DNA of 64,000 bases from an uncultured delta proteobacterium (GCA_963735595.1 CAVTLK010000001.1:467796-531795), one strand, 5' to 3'; shown: positions 11,041 through 21,627, counted from the first letter of the stretch. Numbers and translations: made by a program. The notes: generated from the sequence alone by a model not told the origin.

Positions 11041-12817
11041 CTAACGCGAACGCTCGTTGTCTGAGAATATCTCGGGAAAGCGCTCCTTCAATTCGAGGAA
11101 TACATACCGGTCGATTTCTCTGGCCGTCGCAAACGTGAGGACCTCATCGGTAATCGCCTTGCAGTCTTTATACGAGATTTCCCGGAGAATTTTCTTTACT
11201 CTGAGGATAGACATAGCGTTCATCGACAGATCGTCCAGCCCTATCCCCACCAGTATCGGAAGGTAGAGCGGCTCGCCTGCCATCTCGCCGCACATGGCGA
11301 CCCTGATACCTTGTTCATGGGCCGCATGGACCGCCCCACCGATCATTCTGAGGACCGCCGGATGCAGCGGCTCGTACAGATAATTGACGTGCTCGTTTAC
11401 GCGGTCTATTGCCAGTGAATACTGAATCAGGTCGTTGGTCCCGATTGAGAAGAAATCGACCTCCTTTGCCAGCAGGTCCGCTATGACCATAGCCGAGGGG
11501 ACCTCCATCATAGAGCCGATCTCGATGTGTTCGTCAAACGGGATACCGCGGGTAAGCAGATCATCTTTTACCTCTTCGAGAATCATCTTGGTCAGACGTA
11601 TCTCTTCTATACCTGAGATCATCGGGAACATGATCTTAACCGGGCCGTACGCACTGGCGCGCAGTATCGCCCGGAGCTGGTCCTTGAAGATATCGACTTC
11701 CTTGAGACAAAACCGTATTGCCCTCAACCCCATCGCCGGATTCATTTCCTGGGCAAGGTCTATCGGCGACAGGAAACGGTCTCCACCGAGGTCAAACGTC
11801 CTGATGATGGTGACCTTCGGTTTCATGTTTTCTACAACGTATTTGTATACCTCGAAATGCTCCTCCTCCGTAGGAAGGCTCTTGCGGTTGAGGTAGATGA
11901 ATTCCGTTCTATATAGCCCGATGCCTTCAGCCCCGTGCTGTTTTATGGACTGTATCTCATGGGGCATCTCGATATTGGCCATCAGAGAGACCCGGTAGCC
12001 GTCGGTAGTAACCGCGGGGAGTTCCGTTATGGAAAGGAGTTCGCGCTCTTCAGCCTGGTACTGCCTGAGCAGCCCCTCGTATTCGATCCGCACCTCGGCC
12101 GACGGATTGATGATGACCTGTCCCGGTGGTGCCGTTGACAATAATGCAGTCACCGCCCTTGACCATGGTACTGACCGCCTCCAGACCCACGACCGAGGGT
12201 ATCTCAAGCGAGCGCGCCATAATCGCGGTATGGGAGGTCCGCCCGCCGATATCGGTAATGAACCCCTTGATCACCTTGCGGTCTATCTGGGCGGTATCGG
12301 CGGGAGAGAGGTCGTGAGCCACTACGATCACGTCCTCGGTTATTCCGGTAATGCTCTCCTGATGCTTTCCGACAAGGTTCCTCATGATCCTCTCGACTAC
12401 GTAGTCGACGTCGCCCAGACGTTCCGAGAGGTAGTCGTCATCGAGCTCGCTGAAAAACCGGCTTATCTTTTCGTGCTGGACCTTAAGAGCCCATTCGGCG
12501 TTGACCTGTTCATCACGGATGATTCTCTCCGTATCATCGCTGATCATCCGGTCCTTGAGAATCAGGAGGTGCGCATCAATGATGTGTTTGAATTCATCGA
12601 AATGCTCTCCGCCGATCTTCTGGGTGACCTCCGTCAGCTGTATCCGGGAGTCTTCGACGGCCCGTTTGAATCGCTCGATCTCCGCCGCAACACCGCCTTT
12701 CCCGATATGCCTCAGGGCATAGGTTACCTTTGCCCGATCGATGAGATATGCCTTACCGATGACAATACCCGAGGATACCCCGATTCCCGCAAGCCGTATC
12801 TCTTCTTTTGGAGACAT
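11041..12817 (-). CDS. ptsI: PEP-protein phosphotransferase, Enzyme I (one indel near 12120)
   Basis: GGRTSHTAIMARS (phospho-His), GIGLYRTEF, SIGTNDLIQY, MCGEMAG; no N-terminal GAF domain. Confidence 0.95.
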
Positions 12818-13133
12818 TTACTCCTCTCCAAATTTACTGCCGATCAGCCTACCCAATTCGGTCACCGCCTTCTTGGCATCCGGTACCGTTCGCCGTCACC
12901 CTGATAGCGCTTCCCTGGATTGCACCAAGCATGAGAATACCCATGATGCTCTTTCCGTTGACCTCTACCCCGTCTTTAATGACCGTAATCTGTGACTGAA
13001 AGGAACTAGCCGCCTTGATGAAAAGGACAGCCGCCCGGGCGTGCAGTCCGAGCTTGTTAATGATCTGAAATTCCTCCGAATAGCTACCGAGAGGATTACC
13101 GTTTTGTTTCGAGTGTAATTCGTGTGTGTCCAT
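12818..13133 (-). CDS. ptsH: Phosphocarrier HPr (indel near the C-terminus)
   Basis: GLHARAA (His15), NGKSIMGILML (Ser46); the shifted tail ends ...SKFGEE*. Confidence 0.93.
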
Positions 13134-13154
13134 AACTACTCAAATTTCATATTA

Positions 13155-13892
13155 CTACAACAACCAACATATCAGGATGACGATAAGGGAAAATCCATAG
13201 ATCTGTGTAAGTATGCCCACTCCTCTCCGTGACAGGAGTGCGACGATACATATGAGCATGATGGGCGCGGCCCTCAGCCATCCGGACGGGTCCGTAGCCA
13301 CCGGCAGCGGTAAGAGAACCGCAAGGCCCGCCGCCAGAAGGCCCAGTAGGATCACCATAGTCTTTCGTAAACGGATAGAGAGATTGGGGATTTCCAAGCG
13401 CTTGATGTATCTCATCAGATCCATCCTCCCCCGGATACCGTGCAGGAACCCCATGCCTCGAACCCAGAGGTGAACCGCGTTATAGAGCGCCAGAAAGATA
13501 ACCGGCGCAAGGATACTTCCCCATATAAGCGTAATGATCGCCGTAATCGCAAAAAGCGGCTTAAACGTCGACCAGAAAAGCGCATCCCCGACTGCCGCGA
13601 ACGGATTGGAGAGCGTCTCCTTAATTTCCCTGATCTCCCGTTTGGCCGCCTGCCCCCCGTTTAGTTGGGCAGACGCCGTTGCGCCAATAATGGCCGACGA
13701 TAGATAGGGATGGCTGTTAAAATACGCGAGGCTATCGGTCAACAGCCCGGCCCGTTCCTCCTTGGTGCGGCTTACCGCTTTGATGACGGGCGCCATCCCA
13801 AAGGCAAATCCGACATTTTGCATGCCCCTGTAATTCCAGCAACTCTGGATAAGAAAGCTCCTCATGAAGACCCTGGCAAACAATGCTGTCAC
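13155..13892 (-). CDS. PTS mannose/fructose/sorbose-family EIID
   Basis: RSFLIQSCWNYRGMQNVGF, YFNSHPY, AAVGDALFW; GTG overlaps the EIIC stop. Confidence 0.9.
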   Translation of the reverse strand: MTALFARVFMRSFLIQSCWNYRGMQNVGFAFGMAPVIKAVSRTKEERAGLLTDSLAYFNSHPYLSSAIIGATASAQLNGGQAAKREIREIKETLSNPFAAVGDALFWSTFKPLFAITAIITLIWGSILAPVIFLALYNAVHLWVRGMGFLHGIRGRMDLMRYIKRLEIPNLSIRLRKTMVILLGLLAAGLAVLLPLPVATDPSGWLRAAPIMLICIVALLSRRGVGILTQIYGFSLIVILICWLL

Positions 13893-14599
13893 CCGATCTC
13901 TCCTACCAGAGAAGTCATCAAAACAAACGTCACGAGATAGCTGATGCCGAACGTCAGAAAGCCTTTTTGCCTCCCGAGTACCGCGCCACACCCAAGGAAC
14001 GGCAGCGACCAGAAAATCCAGGTAGCGGCCACCATGACGGCCCGGGGCAGATGCGGATACACGAGGTACGTTACAGCCAGGACAGCGAGGATACCAACGC
14101 CTGTCAGAAGCGTAAAGATAAGGAAGAAAGACGCAAGACCGGCGATATTCTGCCTCTGTACTCCTCGCACATCTCCGTTCTGTGCGGCCGTCTTCGCCCG
14201 ATTCAGAAAAACACCGTTTATCTTCCTGGCTCCCACATCGATCAGCCTTCCCGCTTCCGAGAGCGGTAATGCGGCGAGAAGTGCCAAACACAAGAGCGAC
14301 GTATCAGTCGATCCGAGCATCCTTCCGGCCAGTATTCCGGCGGCCGGCGCCGCAACGGCCACGATCGTGTCGTCCGGCGGCAGCGCCGTTCCGAACGGCT
14401 GAGTACCGAGCCATAAAAGCTCGAGCACCATCCCGATCACAAGGCCGGTCCGTACGTCTCCCAGTATCAGGCCCGTTACGGCCGACGAGACCAACGGTCG
14501 TGAAACGAGGAACTGGAAAGCGGCGGTTCTATCCAGGTGCAGCAATCCCCCGACGATTGAGGTGACGATCACCGTCCAGAAAAGGCTTCCCCCATCCAT
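13889..14599 (-). CDS. PTS mannose-family EIIC
   Basis: LDRTAAFQFLVSRPLV, LELLWLGTQPFGTALPPD; multiple TM segments. Confidence 0.9.
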   Translation of the reverse strand: MDGGSLFWTVIVTSIVGGLLHLDRTAAFQFLVSRPLVSSAVTGLILGDVRTGLVIGMVLELLWLGTQPFGTALPPDDTIVAVAAPAAGILAGRMLGSTDTSLLCLALLAALPLSEAGRLIDVGARKINGVFLNRAKTAAQNGDVRGVQRQNIAGLASFFLIFTLLTGVGILAVLAVTYLVYPHLPRAVMVAATWIFWSLPFLGCGAVLGRQKGFLTFGISYLVTFVLMTSLVGEIG

Positions 14600-15090
14600 C
14601 AACTACTCCGCACCTTCTTGAAAATACTCTTCAACTCCAATTTTCGCTCCCCGGGCACCGAGCGGGTATCGATCGATACGCCCTCCTTTGAAAGCCTCTC
14701 TATCTCCGCAGTATCGTTGAGGCCTACACACAGGTTCGCGCTTACCTGGACCTTCCCCTCGCAGAAGTGCATATTGCCCAGGTTGAGGCAATCGTATTGA
14801 AACCCGGAATCGAAGGCGGACTTTGCGTCCCGCACCGAAGAAAACAAAACGATGAGCTTCTTCTTCGTAAAGCCTCCGTTCTTATAGTTCCGAGCGGCGT
14901 CCTGTACTGAACTGAAGTCTATCTCAATGCTGCTTGGGACGGCCATCTCCATTACCGATCGCTTGAGGAGGTTCTTTTCAACCTCATCGTCAACGACCAG
15001 CAGCGCCTCGGCTTTGGTATAGGGTATCCATGCCTCGAGTATCTGACCATGTACGAGGCGGCTGTCAACCCGGACAAGGACAATACCCAT
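14599..15090 (-). CDS. PTS mannose/sorbose-family EIIB
   Basis: LVRVDSRLVHGQ (phospho-His), LNLGNMH. Confidence 0.92.
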   Translation of the reverse strand: MGIVLVRVDSRLVHGQILEAWIPYTKAEALLVVDDEVEKNLLKRSVMEMAVPSSIEIDFSSVQDAARNYKNGGFTKKKLIVLFSSVRDAKSAFDSGFQYDCLNLGNMHFCEGKVQVSANLCVGLNDTAEIERLSKEGVSIDTRSVPGERKLELKSIFKKVRSS

Positions 15091-15092
15091 GA

Positions 15093-15494
15093 TCACCCCT
15101 TTTTGCTGAGAAACTCGGTGGCGACGTTAATGTTATTCCTTCCGTACTCTTTTGCCTTGATCGCCAGGTCATTGAGGGGCTGTTCCGCACGTTGCGCGGT
15201 TACCTTAATGAGCATCGGAAGGTTTACTCCAGATACTACCTCCACCTGCGGACTCAGGAAGGTCAGCGCAAGGTTCGACGGGGTACCGCCGAACATGTCG
15301 GTAAGAATGATGACGCCGTCGCCGCTGTTGACCTCCTTGATAGCGGTCTGGATCTCCTTTCGAAGCACCTCCACGTCCTTTTTCGGGTCCAGCGAGAGCG
15401 CCCGTGACGCCGGCACTTTTCCGACGATAAGCTCGGCGGTTCTCAGGAGCTCACACGCGAGATTCAAATGAGATACGATGACTATCCCCACCAT
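15093..15494 (-). CDS. PTS mannose-family EIIA
   Basis: MVGIVIVSH, LTDMFGGTPSN, GVNLPML. Confidence 0.92.
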   Translation of the reverse strand: MVGIVIVSHLNLACELLRTAELIVGKVPASRALSLDPKKDVEVLRKEIQTAIKEVNSGDGVIILTDMFGGTPSNLALTFLSPQVEVVSGVNLPMLIKVTAQRAEQPLNDLAIKAKEYGRNNINVATEFLSKKG

Positions 15495-15511
15495 CTGTCG
15501 GTCACCTTTCA

Positions 15512-16369
15512 TCATGTTTTCGTAATATCCCGGTGGCTAATTCTGATATTATATCCATCGTCCCGGCCGATGATTTCGGCCAATTGCTCGGCTATCACTA
15601 CCGAACGATGTACTCCACCAGTGCATCCCACCGCCACTATCAGATACGACTTGCCCTCCTTGACATAGTTGGGCAGGAGAAAATTCATCAGTTTCACGAA
15701 TTGCCGGAGAAACTCTTTGGTCTCTGCCTTTTCGAGAACGTACTCCCTGACCTTCGGATCCAGACCAGAAAGCAGCTTCAACTCCTCGACAAAATAGGGA
15801 TTCGGCAGAAACCTGACGTCCATGACAATATCGGCGTCCGACGGCGCACCGTACCGATACCCGAAAGAAACAATCGTCAGGTTGAGCCTTTTCTCGGGCA
15901 ACGATTCCCGGAAGTAATCAAAAATGACTGCCCGCAGCTGGTGAGGGTTGAGGGCGGACGTGTCGATGACCCGATGGGCCATTCTTTTCACGTCCCTGAG
16001 TAGTCCCCTCTCCTCCTCTATCCCTTTATCGAGATCTTCACCCCCGATGGGGTGAAGCCTGCGGGTCTCTTTATATCTCCGGACAAGCACCTGATCGGCG
16101 GCATCCAGAAAGACAATACGGTAGTCTTCTCCGCGTCGCTTGAGCTTCTTTAACACGGAGGGAAGCTCGGAGAAGAACATCTTCTCCCGCATATCCATTA
16201 CGACCGCAACTTTGTTGATATCCCATCGTGACTGCGATGTAAGCTCCAGCACTTTCGGAAGGAGTATAACCGGGAGGTTATCGATACAGAAAAAACCGAT
16301 ATCCTCAAGGGCTTTGATAGCCGTGCTCTTTCCGGAACCTGATAGCCCGGTAATAATGACAAGTCTGAT
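15512..16369 (-). CDS. rapZ: RNase adapter RapZ
   Basis: In-frame upstream extension RLVIITGLSGSGKS...EDIGFFCIDNLP; SFGYRYG, DVRFLPNP, GCTGGVHRSV. Start codon ambiguous (see findings). Confidence 0.93.
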   Translation of the reverse strand: MRLVIITGLSGSGKSTAIKALEDIGFFCIDNLPVILLPKVLELTSQSRWDINKVAVVMDMREKMFFSELPSVLKKLKRRGEDYRIVFLDAADQVLVRRYKETRRLHPIGGEDLDKGIEEERGLLRDVKRMAHRVIDTSALNPHQLRAVIFDYFRESLPEKRLNLTIVSFGYRYGAPSDADIVMDVRFLPNPYFVEELKLLSGLDPKVREYVLEKAETKEFLRQFVKLMNFLLPNYVKEGKSYLIVAVGCTGGVHRSVVIAEQLAEIIGRDDGYNIRISHRDITKT

Positions 16370-16381
16370 AGTCTCTCCTCA

Positions 16382-16879
16382 CTAACGGGGGGGGACGATG
16401 AGACGCGCTATTATGAGGCTGGCCGCCGATCCCCCCATGATGAAATCACTTATAACGCAGATCAGGCCGCGGGTATCGATATCGTCTCCGACTCGGATTT
16501 CCGGTATCTTTCGGCCCAGCAGATTGACAACGCCGACCTGGGGGGCATGAGCCCTTCGCGTCTTGTCCCGACTCCTCACCAGCCTGACCACGAGGTCAAT
16601 AGCGGCCTCCTCTATTACAAAGGGGCGCCCTAACGCCGCCGCCACGTCGATAATCCCTGCGCCTCTTATCTCGATAAGCCCTCTGAGGCGATCGGGCGCT
16701 CGCCCCTTCAGGCCGTCCGGCCCGTCGCAAAGCTCCACCACGTCGTCGGCGACGAGTCGTGCGCCCTCATATAAAAGAGAAAGGGCGAGGCGGCTCTTGC
16801 CCGATCCGCTCTCCCCCATCAGTATTATTCCCCTGGACATCACTTTCACCAGGGTGGCATGAACCGTGTTTTGTTTCAC
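16382..16879 (-). CDS. hprK: HPr kinase/phosphorylase, catalytic domain only
   Basis: VHATLV, Walker A GESGSGKS, LVADD, LIEIRGAGII; 165 aa. Confidence 0.85.
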   Translation of the reverse strand: MKQNTVHATLVKVMSRGIILMGESGSGKSRLALSLLYEGARLVADDVVELCDGPDGLKGRAPDRLRGLIEIRGAGIIDVAAALGRPFVIEEAAIDLVVRLVRSRDKTRRAHAPQVGVVNLLGRKIPEIRVGDDIDTRGLICVISDFIMGGSAASLIIARLIVPPR

Positions 16880-16912
16880 AAAATAATCGGAAATAATACC
16901 TGTTGGATGGCC

Positions 16913-17371
16913 TTAGAACTTCTCATCCTCCTCCTGCAGCGCCCTGTAGACTTCCTGGGTGGTTTTGGAATCCAGGAGTCGTTCCCTGAATTTGGTGTCT
17001 TTGAGGAGACGAGAGATCCTGGCCAGCGCCTTGAGGTGCATCCCCGCCGTATTTTCCGGCGCCATCAATAGGAAAAAGAGGCGCGCGGGCTTTCCGTCGA
17101 TAGAATCGAAGTTAATCCCCTTTGCCGATCTCCCGAACGAAGCCACCAGCTTCTTCAGTCCCTTCAGCTTACCATGGGGGATCGCAATCCCCTCACCGAT
17201 ACCGGTGCTCCCGAGTTTTTCACGCTCCTCAAGCACCGGTATGAGTACACTGATATCCAATCCCTCTTTTTTCGCAACCATACCGGCCAGTTCTCCAAGA
17301 ACTTCCTGCTTGTTTCGGGCCTTCAGGTCGGCGTTGATAAGATCGATATCGATAATATCCATGATCTTCAT
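16913..17371 (-). CDS. ptsN: PTS EIIA(Ntr)-type protein
   Basis: EREKLGSTGIGEGIAIPH, HLKALARISR; located in the rpoN operon. Confidence 0.92.
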   Translation of the reverse strand: MKIMDIIDIDLINADLKARNKQEVLGELAGMVAKKEGLDISVLIPVLEEREKLGSTGIGEGIAIPHGKLKGLKKLVASFGRSAKGINFDSIDGKPARLFFLLMAPENTAGMHLKALARISRLLKDTKFRERLLDSKTTQEVYRALQEEDEKF

Positions 17372-17392
17372 GGATCACCCCGCCCTGTTATG

Positions 17393-17947
17393 TCAAATGC
17401 CCGTATTCTTAGGAACTATATGGCCGAAATTGTTGTCTTTCCTTCGATAGATCACGTTCATCTCCCCGGAATCAGCATTGATAAAAACCAGAAATTCGGA
17501 TTTCGACATATCAAGCTGCATTGCCGCCTCTTCAAGAGTCATTGGCTTGGAATCCAGGGTTTTGGTGATGATCGCCGGTTCTTCACCTTCCTGACCGTAG
17601 CTCTCCATGCGCAGGGGCGCGGGCTCTGTGATTTCCATGGGGACCCTGACATTATCCGCTTTATGGCTTACCAGGCGTTCCTTATGTTTCTTGATCTGTT
17701 TTTCTATTTTCTCCATGACCATGTCAATGGCCGAGTACATATTCTCGGTGGCCTCCCTCCCCTTGATAGTCATTTTTTCTGCATTAATGACAACTTCGGC
17801 GATTTGGCGGTGTTTCTCAACCGACAGGACAACCGATGCATCGACGGGGCTGTAGACGTATTTTTGAAGTCTCCCTATTTTATCCTCGGCGTACTTCTTG
17901 AGGGCGTCGGAATTATCCATATGCCTGAACGTAACGGATACGCGCAT
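17393..17947 (-). CDS. hpf: Ribosome hibernation promoting factor (long HPF)
   Basis: VTFRHM...MYSAID...LEEAAMQL...VIYRRKDNNFG; downstream of rpoN. Confidence 0.93.
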   Translation of the reverse strand: MRVSVTFRHMDNSDALKKYAEDKIGRLQKYVYSPVDASVVLSVEKHRQIAEVVINAEKMTIKGREATENMYSAIDMVMEKIEKQIKKHKERLVSHKADNVRVPMEITEPAPLRMESYGQEGEEPAIITKTLDSKPMTLEEAAMQLDMSKSEFLVFINADSGEMNVIYRRKDNNFGHIVPKNTGI

Positions 17948-17968
17948 GCAAACACCTCCTATTTGTTG

Positions 17969-19345
17969 TTATATCCGCTTGCGTGAGCTTGACGAAAGGA
18001 TACCGAGCATTTCTCGATACTTTGCAACGGTCCTCCGCGCCACCGTTATACCCTCCCGCCTGAGGGCCTGCGTTATCTTTTGATCGCTGACCGGCTTTTT
18101 CTCGTCCTCCTGAGCGATGATCTCCCTGATTCTCTCCTTAACACTCACCACCGATCTCTCTTCCCCGTTGAGAGCACAGATTTTCCCCGTGAAGAAATAC
18201 TTGAGCTCAAAGACACCCCGGGGCGTGTGCATGTATTTACCGTTTGTAACCCTGCTCACGGTTGATTCATGCACCCCAACGTCTTCCGCGACATCCCTCA
18301 AAATCATCGGTCTCATAGAACCGACTCCCTTGTCAATAAAACCCGTTTGGTGTTCCACAATGCTGCGCGCCACCCGATAGAGCGTCCGCTGACGCTGGTG
18401 AATGCTCTTGATGAGCCACGTGGCCGACCGTATTCGGTCTTTAATGTAGTCCTTCGTCGTTACGGGCACGTTACGCGCCCCGGTCAGTATGCTCCGATAG
18501 AACGGACTGATCTTCAACCTCGGCAGACCGTTATCGTTGAGTGTGATAACATACTCGGTTCCGACCTTGTATACATAGACATCCGGAATGATATACTGCG
18601 GCTCGTAGTCAACGTATAATCGCCCGGGCCTTGGATCAAGGCTCGTGATAATCTCAACGGCCTTACCGACCTCTACAACCGATACCCCGAGCTTCTTGGC
18701 GATTCCGGAGTAATTCCTTTTCTCAAGCTCGCGCAGGTGATGCTCGATTATCGCGGATACCGTCGGGGTATCCAGACCGTAGTGCCGGGCCTGCACAAGA
18801 AGGCACTCCGCGAGATTTCTTGAGGCTACTCCTACTGGATCAAAAACCTGCACCTTCCGAAGCACCGCTTCTACCGACGCCGTATTGCATCCCATCTTTT
18901 CGGCTATCTCGTCGACAGACTGCGTTAGATAACCGTCGTCGTTGAGGTTGCCCGCTATGACCGCCCCGATTTCCGCGTCGGCCCCACACATGTTACCCAT
19001 CTGAAGCTGCCAGACGAGATGATCCATCAGGGAGGTCTTCTCAAGACATGCGTTCTCGATGAAGTGCTGTTTCTCGTCAGAATCGCTAAAACCGGTGCCG
19101 CCATCTCCCCTATCGTACTCCGAATAGGAATCATTTTCGATGATTCGGTCCAGAACGGCATCGGCCGACTCCGATTCGCCTTCATCCCCCGCCTCTTCGA
19201 GCACCGGATTTTCTATCAATTCCTGGTTAATATGCTCTACGAGCTCCAGACGTGTCAATTGCAGCAGCTTGATAGCCTGCTGCAACTGGGGCGTCAAAAC
19301 CAGTTTCTGAGTTAGCTTAAGCTCCTGCTTGAGTTCCTGGACCAT
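17969..19345 (-). CDS. rpoN: RNA polymerase sigma-54 factor
   Basis: TPQLQQAIKLLQL, HESTVSR, RpoN box ARRTVAKYRE. Confidence 0.98.
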   Translation of the reverse strand: MVQELKQELKLTQKLVLTPQLQQAIKLLQLTRLELVEHINQELIENPVLEEAGDEGESESADAVLDRIIENDSYSEYDRGDGGTGFSDSDEKQHFIENACLEKTSLMDHLVWQLQMGNMCGADAEIGAVIAGNLNDDGYLTQSVDEIAEKMGCNTASVEAVLRKVQVFDPVGVASRNLAECLLVQARHYGLDTPTVSAIIEHHLRELEKRNYSGIAKKLGVSVVEVGKAVEIITSLDPRPGRLYVDYEPQYIIPDVYVYKVGTEYVITLNDNGLPRLKISPFYRSILTGARNVPVTTKDYIKDRIRSATWLIKSIHQRQRTLYRVARSIVEHQTGFIDKGVGSMRPMILRDVAEDVGVHESTVSRVTNGKYMHTPRGVFELKYFFTGKICALNGEERSVVSVKERIREIIAQEDEKKPVSDQKITQALRREGITVARRTVAKYREMLGILSSSSRKRI

Positions 19346-19589
19346 GGTGCGCCGTTATTCATAATGTCTTTCGGACTGAAGCAACTTCCCCGCAGTATCG
19401 GCCTTCTGCCTCCTTACCCGGTTCTTCCACACCGGCGACATCTGTTCAACCCGGCCGACTGCCGCGCGATATACCGATCCGATCTTCCTGCTGCCCATTT
19501 CATCTGCGATAGCCGTGCATCCGGCTATTTCTTTCGAAATATGAATAGGTAAGGATACACTACAATTTAAGCACTTTGGACAACCCGTG

Positions 19590-20333
19590 TCAATAGCTAT
19601 TTGGCCGCATCGACCTCATGATCCCGCTGACCTCATCGGTATAGAATCCCTGACCCTCCCATATAAACAAGGGAGCAAGCACCGTAAGTTGCGTGCCCGC
19701 GTGCCGCCGGGCTTCGATCATGACCATCTGGGCGTCTTCGGTCCGCCGTGCGTGGATAAAACGCGCCCGCTTGGGTTCAAAACCCCCGGCGCGTAACTGC
19801 ATTATGATATCGGCCGTCCGCCAGGCGGGATAAATCAGGAAGAGTTTCCCCCCCGGCTTAAGCACACTGCCGGCCGCCGTGACAATATCCGAAAGCCGGG
19901 CCGTCGTCTCGTGTCGGGCGACGGTGCGTTCGTCATCCTGATTCTTTCGTCCCGTCCCGGCCGGGCGATAGGGCGGGTTAGATACCGCCGCGTCAAACGA
20001 AATCTCCTTCGGAAGATCCCGGGCCTGCCGAAAGTCTCCCAGGACGCTTTTCAGACGGTCTTCGAGCCCGTTTTCCCGGATGTTTTCCCGGGCGAAACGA
20101 AAGAGACGCTCCTGGATTTCTATACCCCACACGGTACAATCGGGATATCGCGCGCATAGCAACAAACCGATGATCCCGACCCCGGAACCCAGATCGATGA
20201 CGCTTGCCCGCTTTTTCAGGACGACAAACGACGCAAGCAGGAAGGAATCAATGCTGTAGCGGTATCCCTTCCGGGGTTGGTGGATGACCAGAGGGGCCGG
20301 ACTCAGTTCGCCCGATGTATCGAAGTCGGACAT
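19590..20333 (-). CDS. tRNA1(Val) A37 N6-methyltransferase family (YfiC-like)
   Basis: QPRKGYRYSIDSFLL, DLGSGVG, SNPPY, ARHE. Confidence 0.85.
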   Translation of the reverse strand: MSDFDTSGELSPAPLVIHQPRKGYRYSIDSFLLASFVVLKKRASVIDLGSGVGIIGLLLCARYPDCTVWGIEIQERLFRFARENIRENGLEDRLKSVLGDFRQARDLPKEISFDAAVSNPPYRPAGTGRKNQDDERTVARHETTARLSDIVTAAGSVLKPGGKLFLIYPAWRTADIIMQLRAGGFEPKRARFIHARRTEDAQMVMIEARRHAGTQLTVLAPLFIWEGQGFYTDEVSGIMRSMRPNSY

Positions 20334-20340
20334 CGTATTG

Positions 20341-21627
20341 TCAGGTAACCATCCGGTAAAACACGAGGCCAGAGGCGGTCTTGGGATAGAAGAAGGTGCT
20401 CTTCTGCGGCATACGTTCGCCGGCCAGCGAGGCCTCCTTTACCTCCTCTATCCCGGTCGCGTTTACGATGAATGCAGCGCCGTTGCCCGCCGCCGCACGA
20501 TTAAGGGCTTCGCGTGCGTCCTGCGAGTAGCCGATTGTCGGGTTTTCTATAGAAAGCAGCCCTTGGATCAGCACGTGGTGGAGGACCGAAACATCCAGGC
20601 GCCTGATCTGATCCCTTATGTCGGCGGGGAAGAAACGGGCGATCTTTTTATGATCGGCGTTACTGAGCAAAAAATAGCGGTCCTTACCGGGATAAAATCC
20701 GAAGCTCCCTTTCCCCTTGCCTTCAAGGCCTTCGATAAAGCGGAGCGTCCCTTCTTCGTTGCGCTCGAACGTATCGACCGTAAAAACCTCCGACATTTTT
20801 GCCAGGACCGACTCTTCATCAAGAGGTACCTGGATCTCCACGATCCGGTGACACGGAAGGATCGTGATCGCCTCCCCTTCCAAAAGCGTAAAATACATGA
20901 GCGCATAACGATGGGCGTCGCCGGGCGCTCCCCGCTTATCGAGCTCGTCCCGGAAGGCCAACATCGTCTCGTAGCGGTGGTGCCCGTCAGCCACAAAGAC
21001 CTTCTTATCCCGTACCGCCGCGGAAAGGGCCTGGTGCACCGTCTCGTCAGCGCACCGCGTCAGGATATGCTCGACCCCGGCGCGGTCCGTATATCTGGTC
21101 ACCTCCGGGGAGCCGATAATCGCATCGATAACCGCGCCGGTTTCTCGCTTCGGATCGGAAAAAAGGGAAAATATAGTGCTCAGCTGATGCCCGGTGGCCC
21201 GCACGAGATTGAGGCGATCCACCTTGGGCCCCGAGTAAGTATATTCGTGGGGAAATACGTCACCCTCGCCCCATTTTTCGAGCACGTGCAGCGCCACAAA
21301 CCCGTCCCTGCGCTTTGTGCGGCCCGAGGGGTCCCGGTATACCTGAGAGTAACCGTATATCGACGGAGAGTCGTCCTGAACCAGCACACCATCCCGCGCC
21401 CAGTTGGTCAGGAAATCCCGCGCGCGCGTATAGCGGTTATTCCCGTCGGTATCGTCCGGATACTGCTTGCCGAGGATTAGCCGTATGACGTTAAACGGAT
21501 TCTGATCGTAATAGGACTCCTGATCGTCCGGCGAAATGACGTCGTACGGGGGCGTCATCAGGTTTTCCGCATGCGCCAGCAGACGCTCGTTGTAACGAAC
21601 GGAGCGAAAGGGTTTGATAACCGCCAC
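20341..21627 (-). CDS. DUF1015-family protein
   Basis: PPYDVIS, PHEYT, FVADGHHRYET, MPQKSTFFYPK. Confidence 0.9.
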   Translation of the reverse strand: MAVIKPFRSVRYNERLLAHAENLMTPPYDVISPDDQESYYDQNPFNVIRLILGKQYPDDTDGNNRYTRARDFLTNWARDGVLVQDDSPSIYGYSQVYRDPSGRTKRRDGFVALHVLEKWGEGDVFPHEYTYSGPKVDRLNLVRATGHQLSTIFSLFSDPKRETGAVIDAIIGSPEVTRYTDRAGVEHILTRCADETVHQALSAAVRDKKVFVADGHHRYETMLAFRDELDKRGAPGDAHRYALMYFTLLEGEAITILPCHRIVEIQVPLDEESVLAKMSEVFTVDTFERNEEGTLRFIEGLEGKGKGSFGFYPGKDRYFLLSNADHKKIARFFPADIRDQIRRLDVSVLHHVLIQGLLSIENPTIGYSQDAREALNRAAAGNGAAFIVNATGIEEVKEASLAGERMPQKSTFFYPKTASGLVFYRMVT

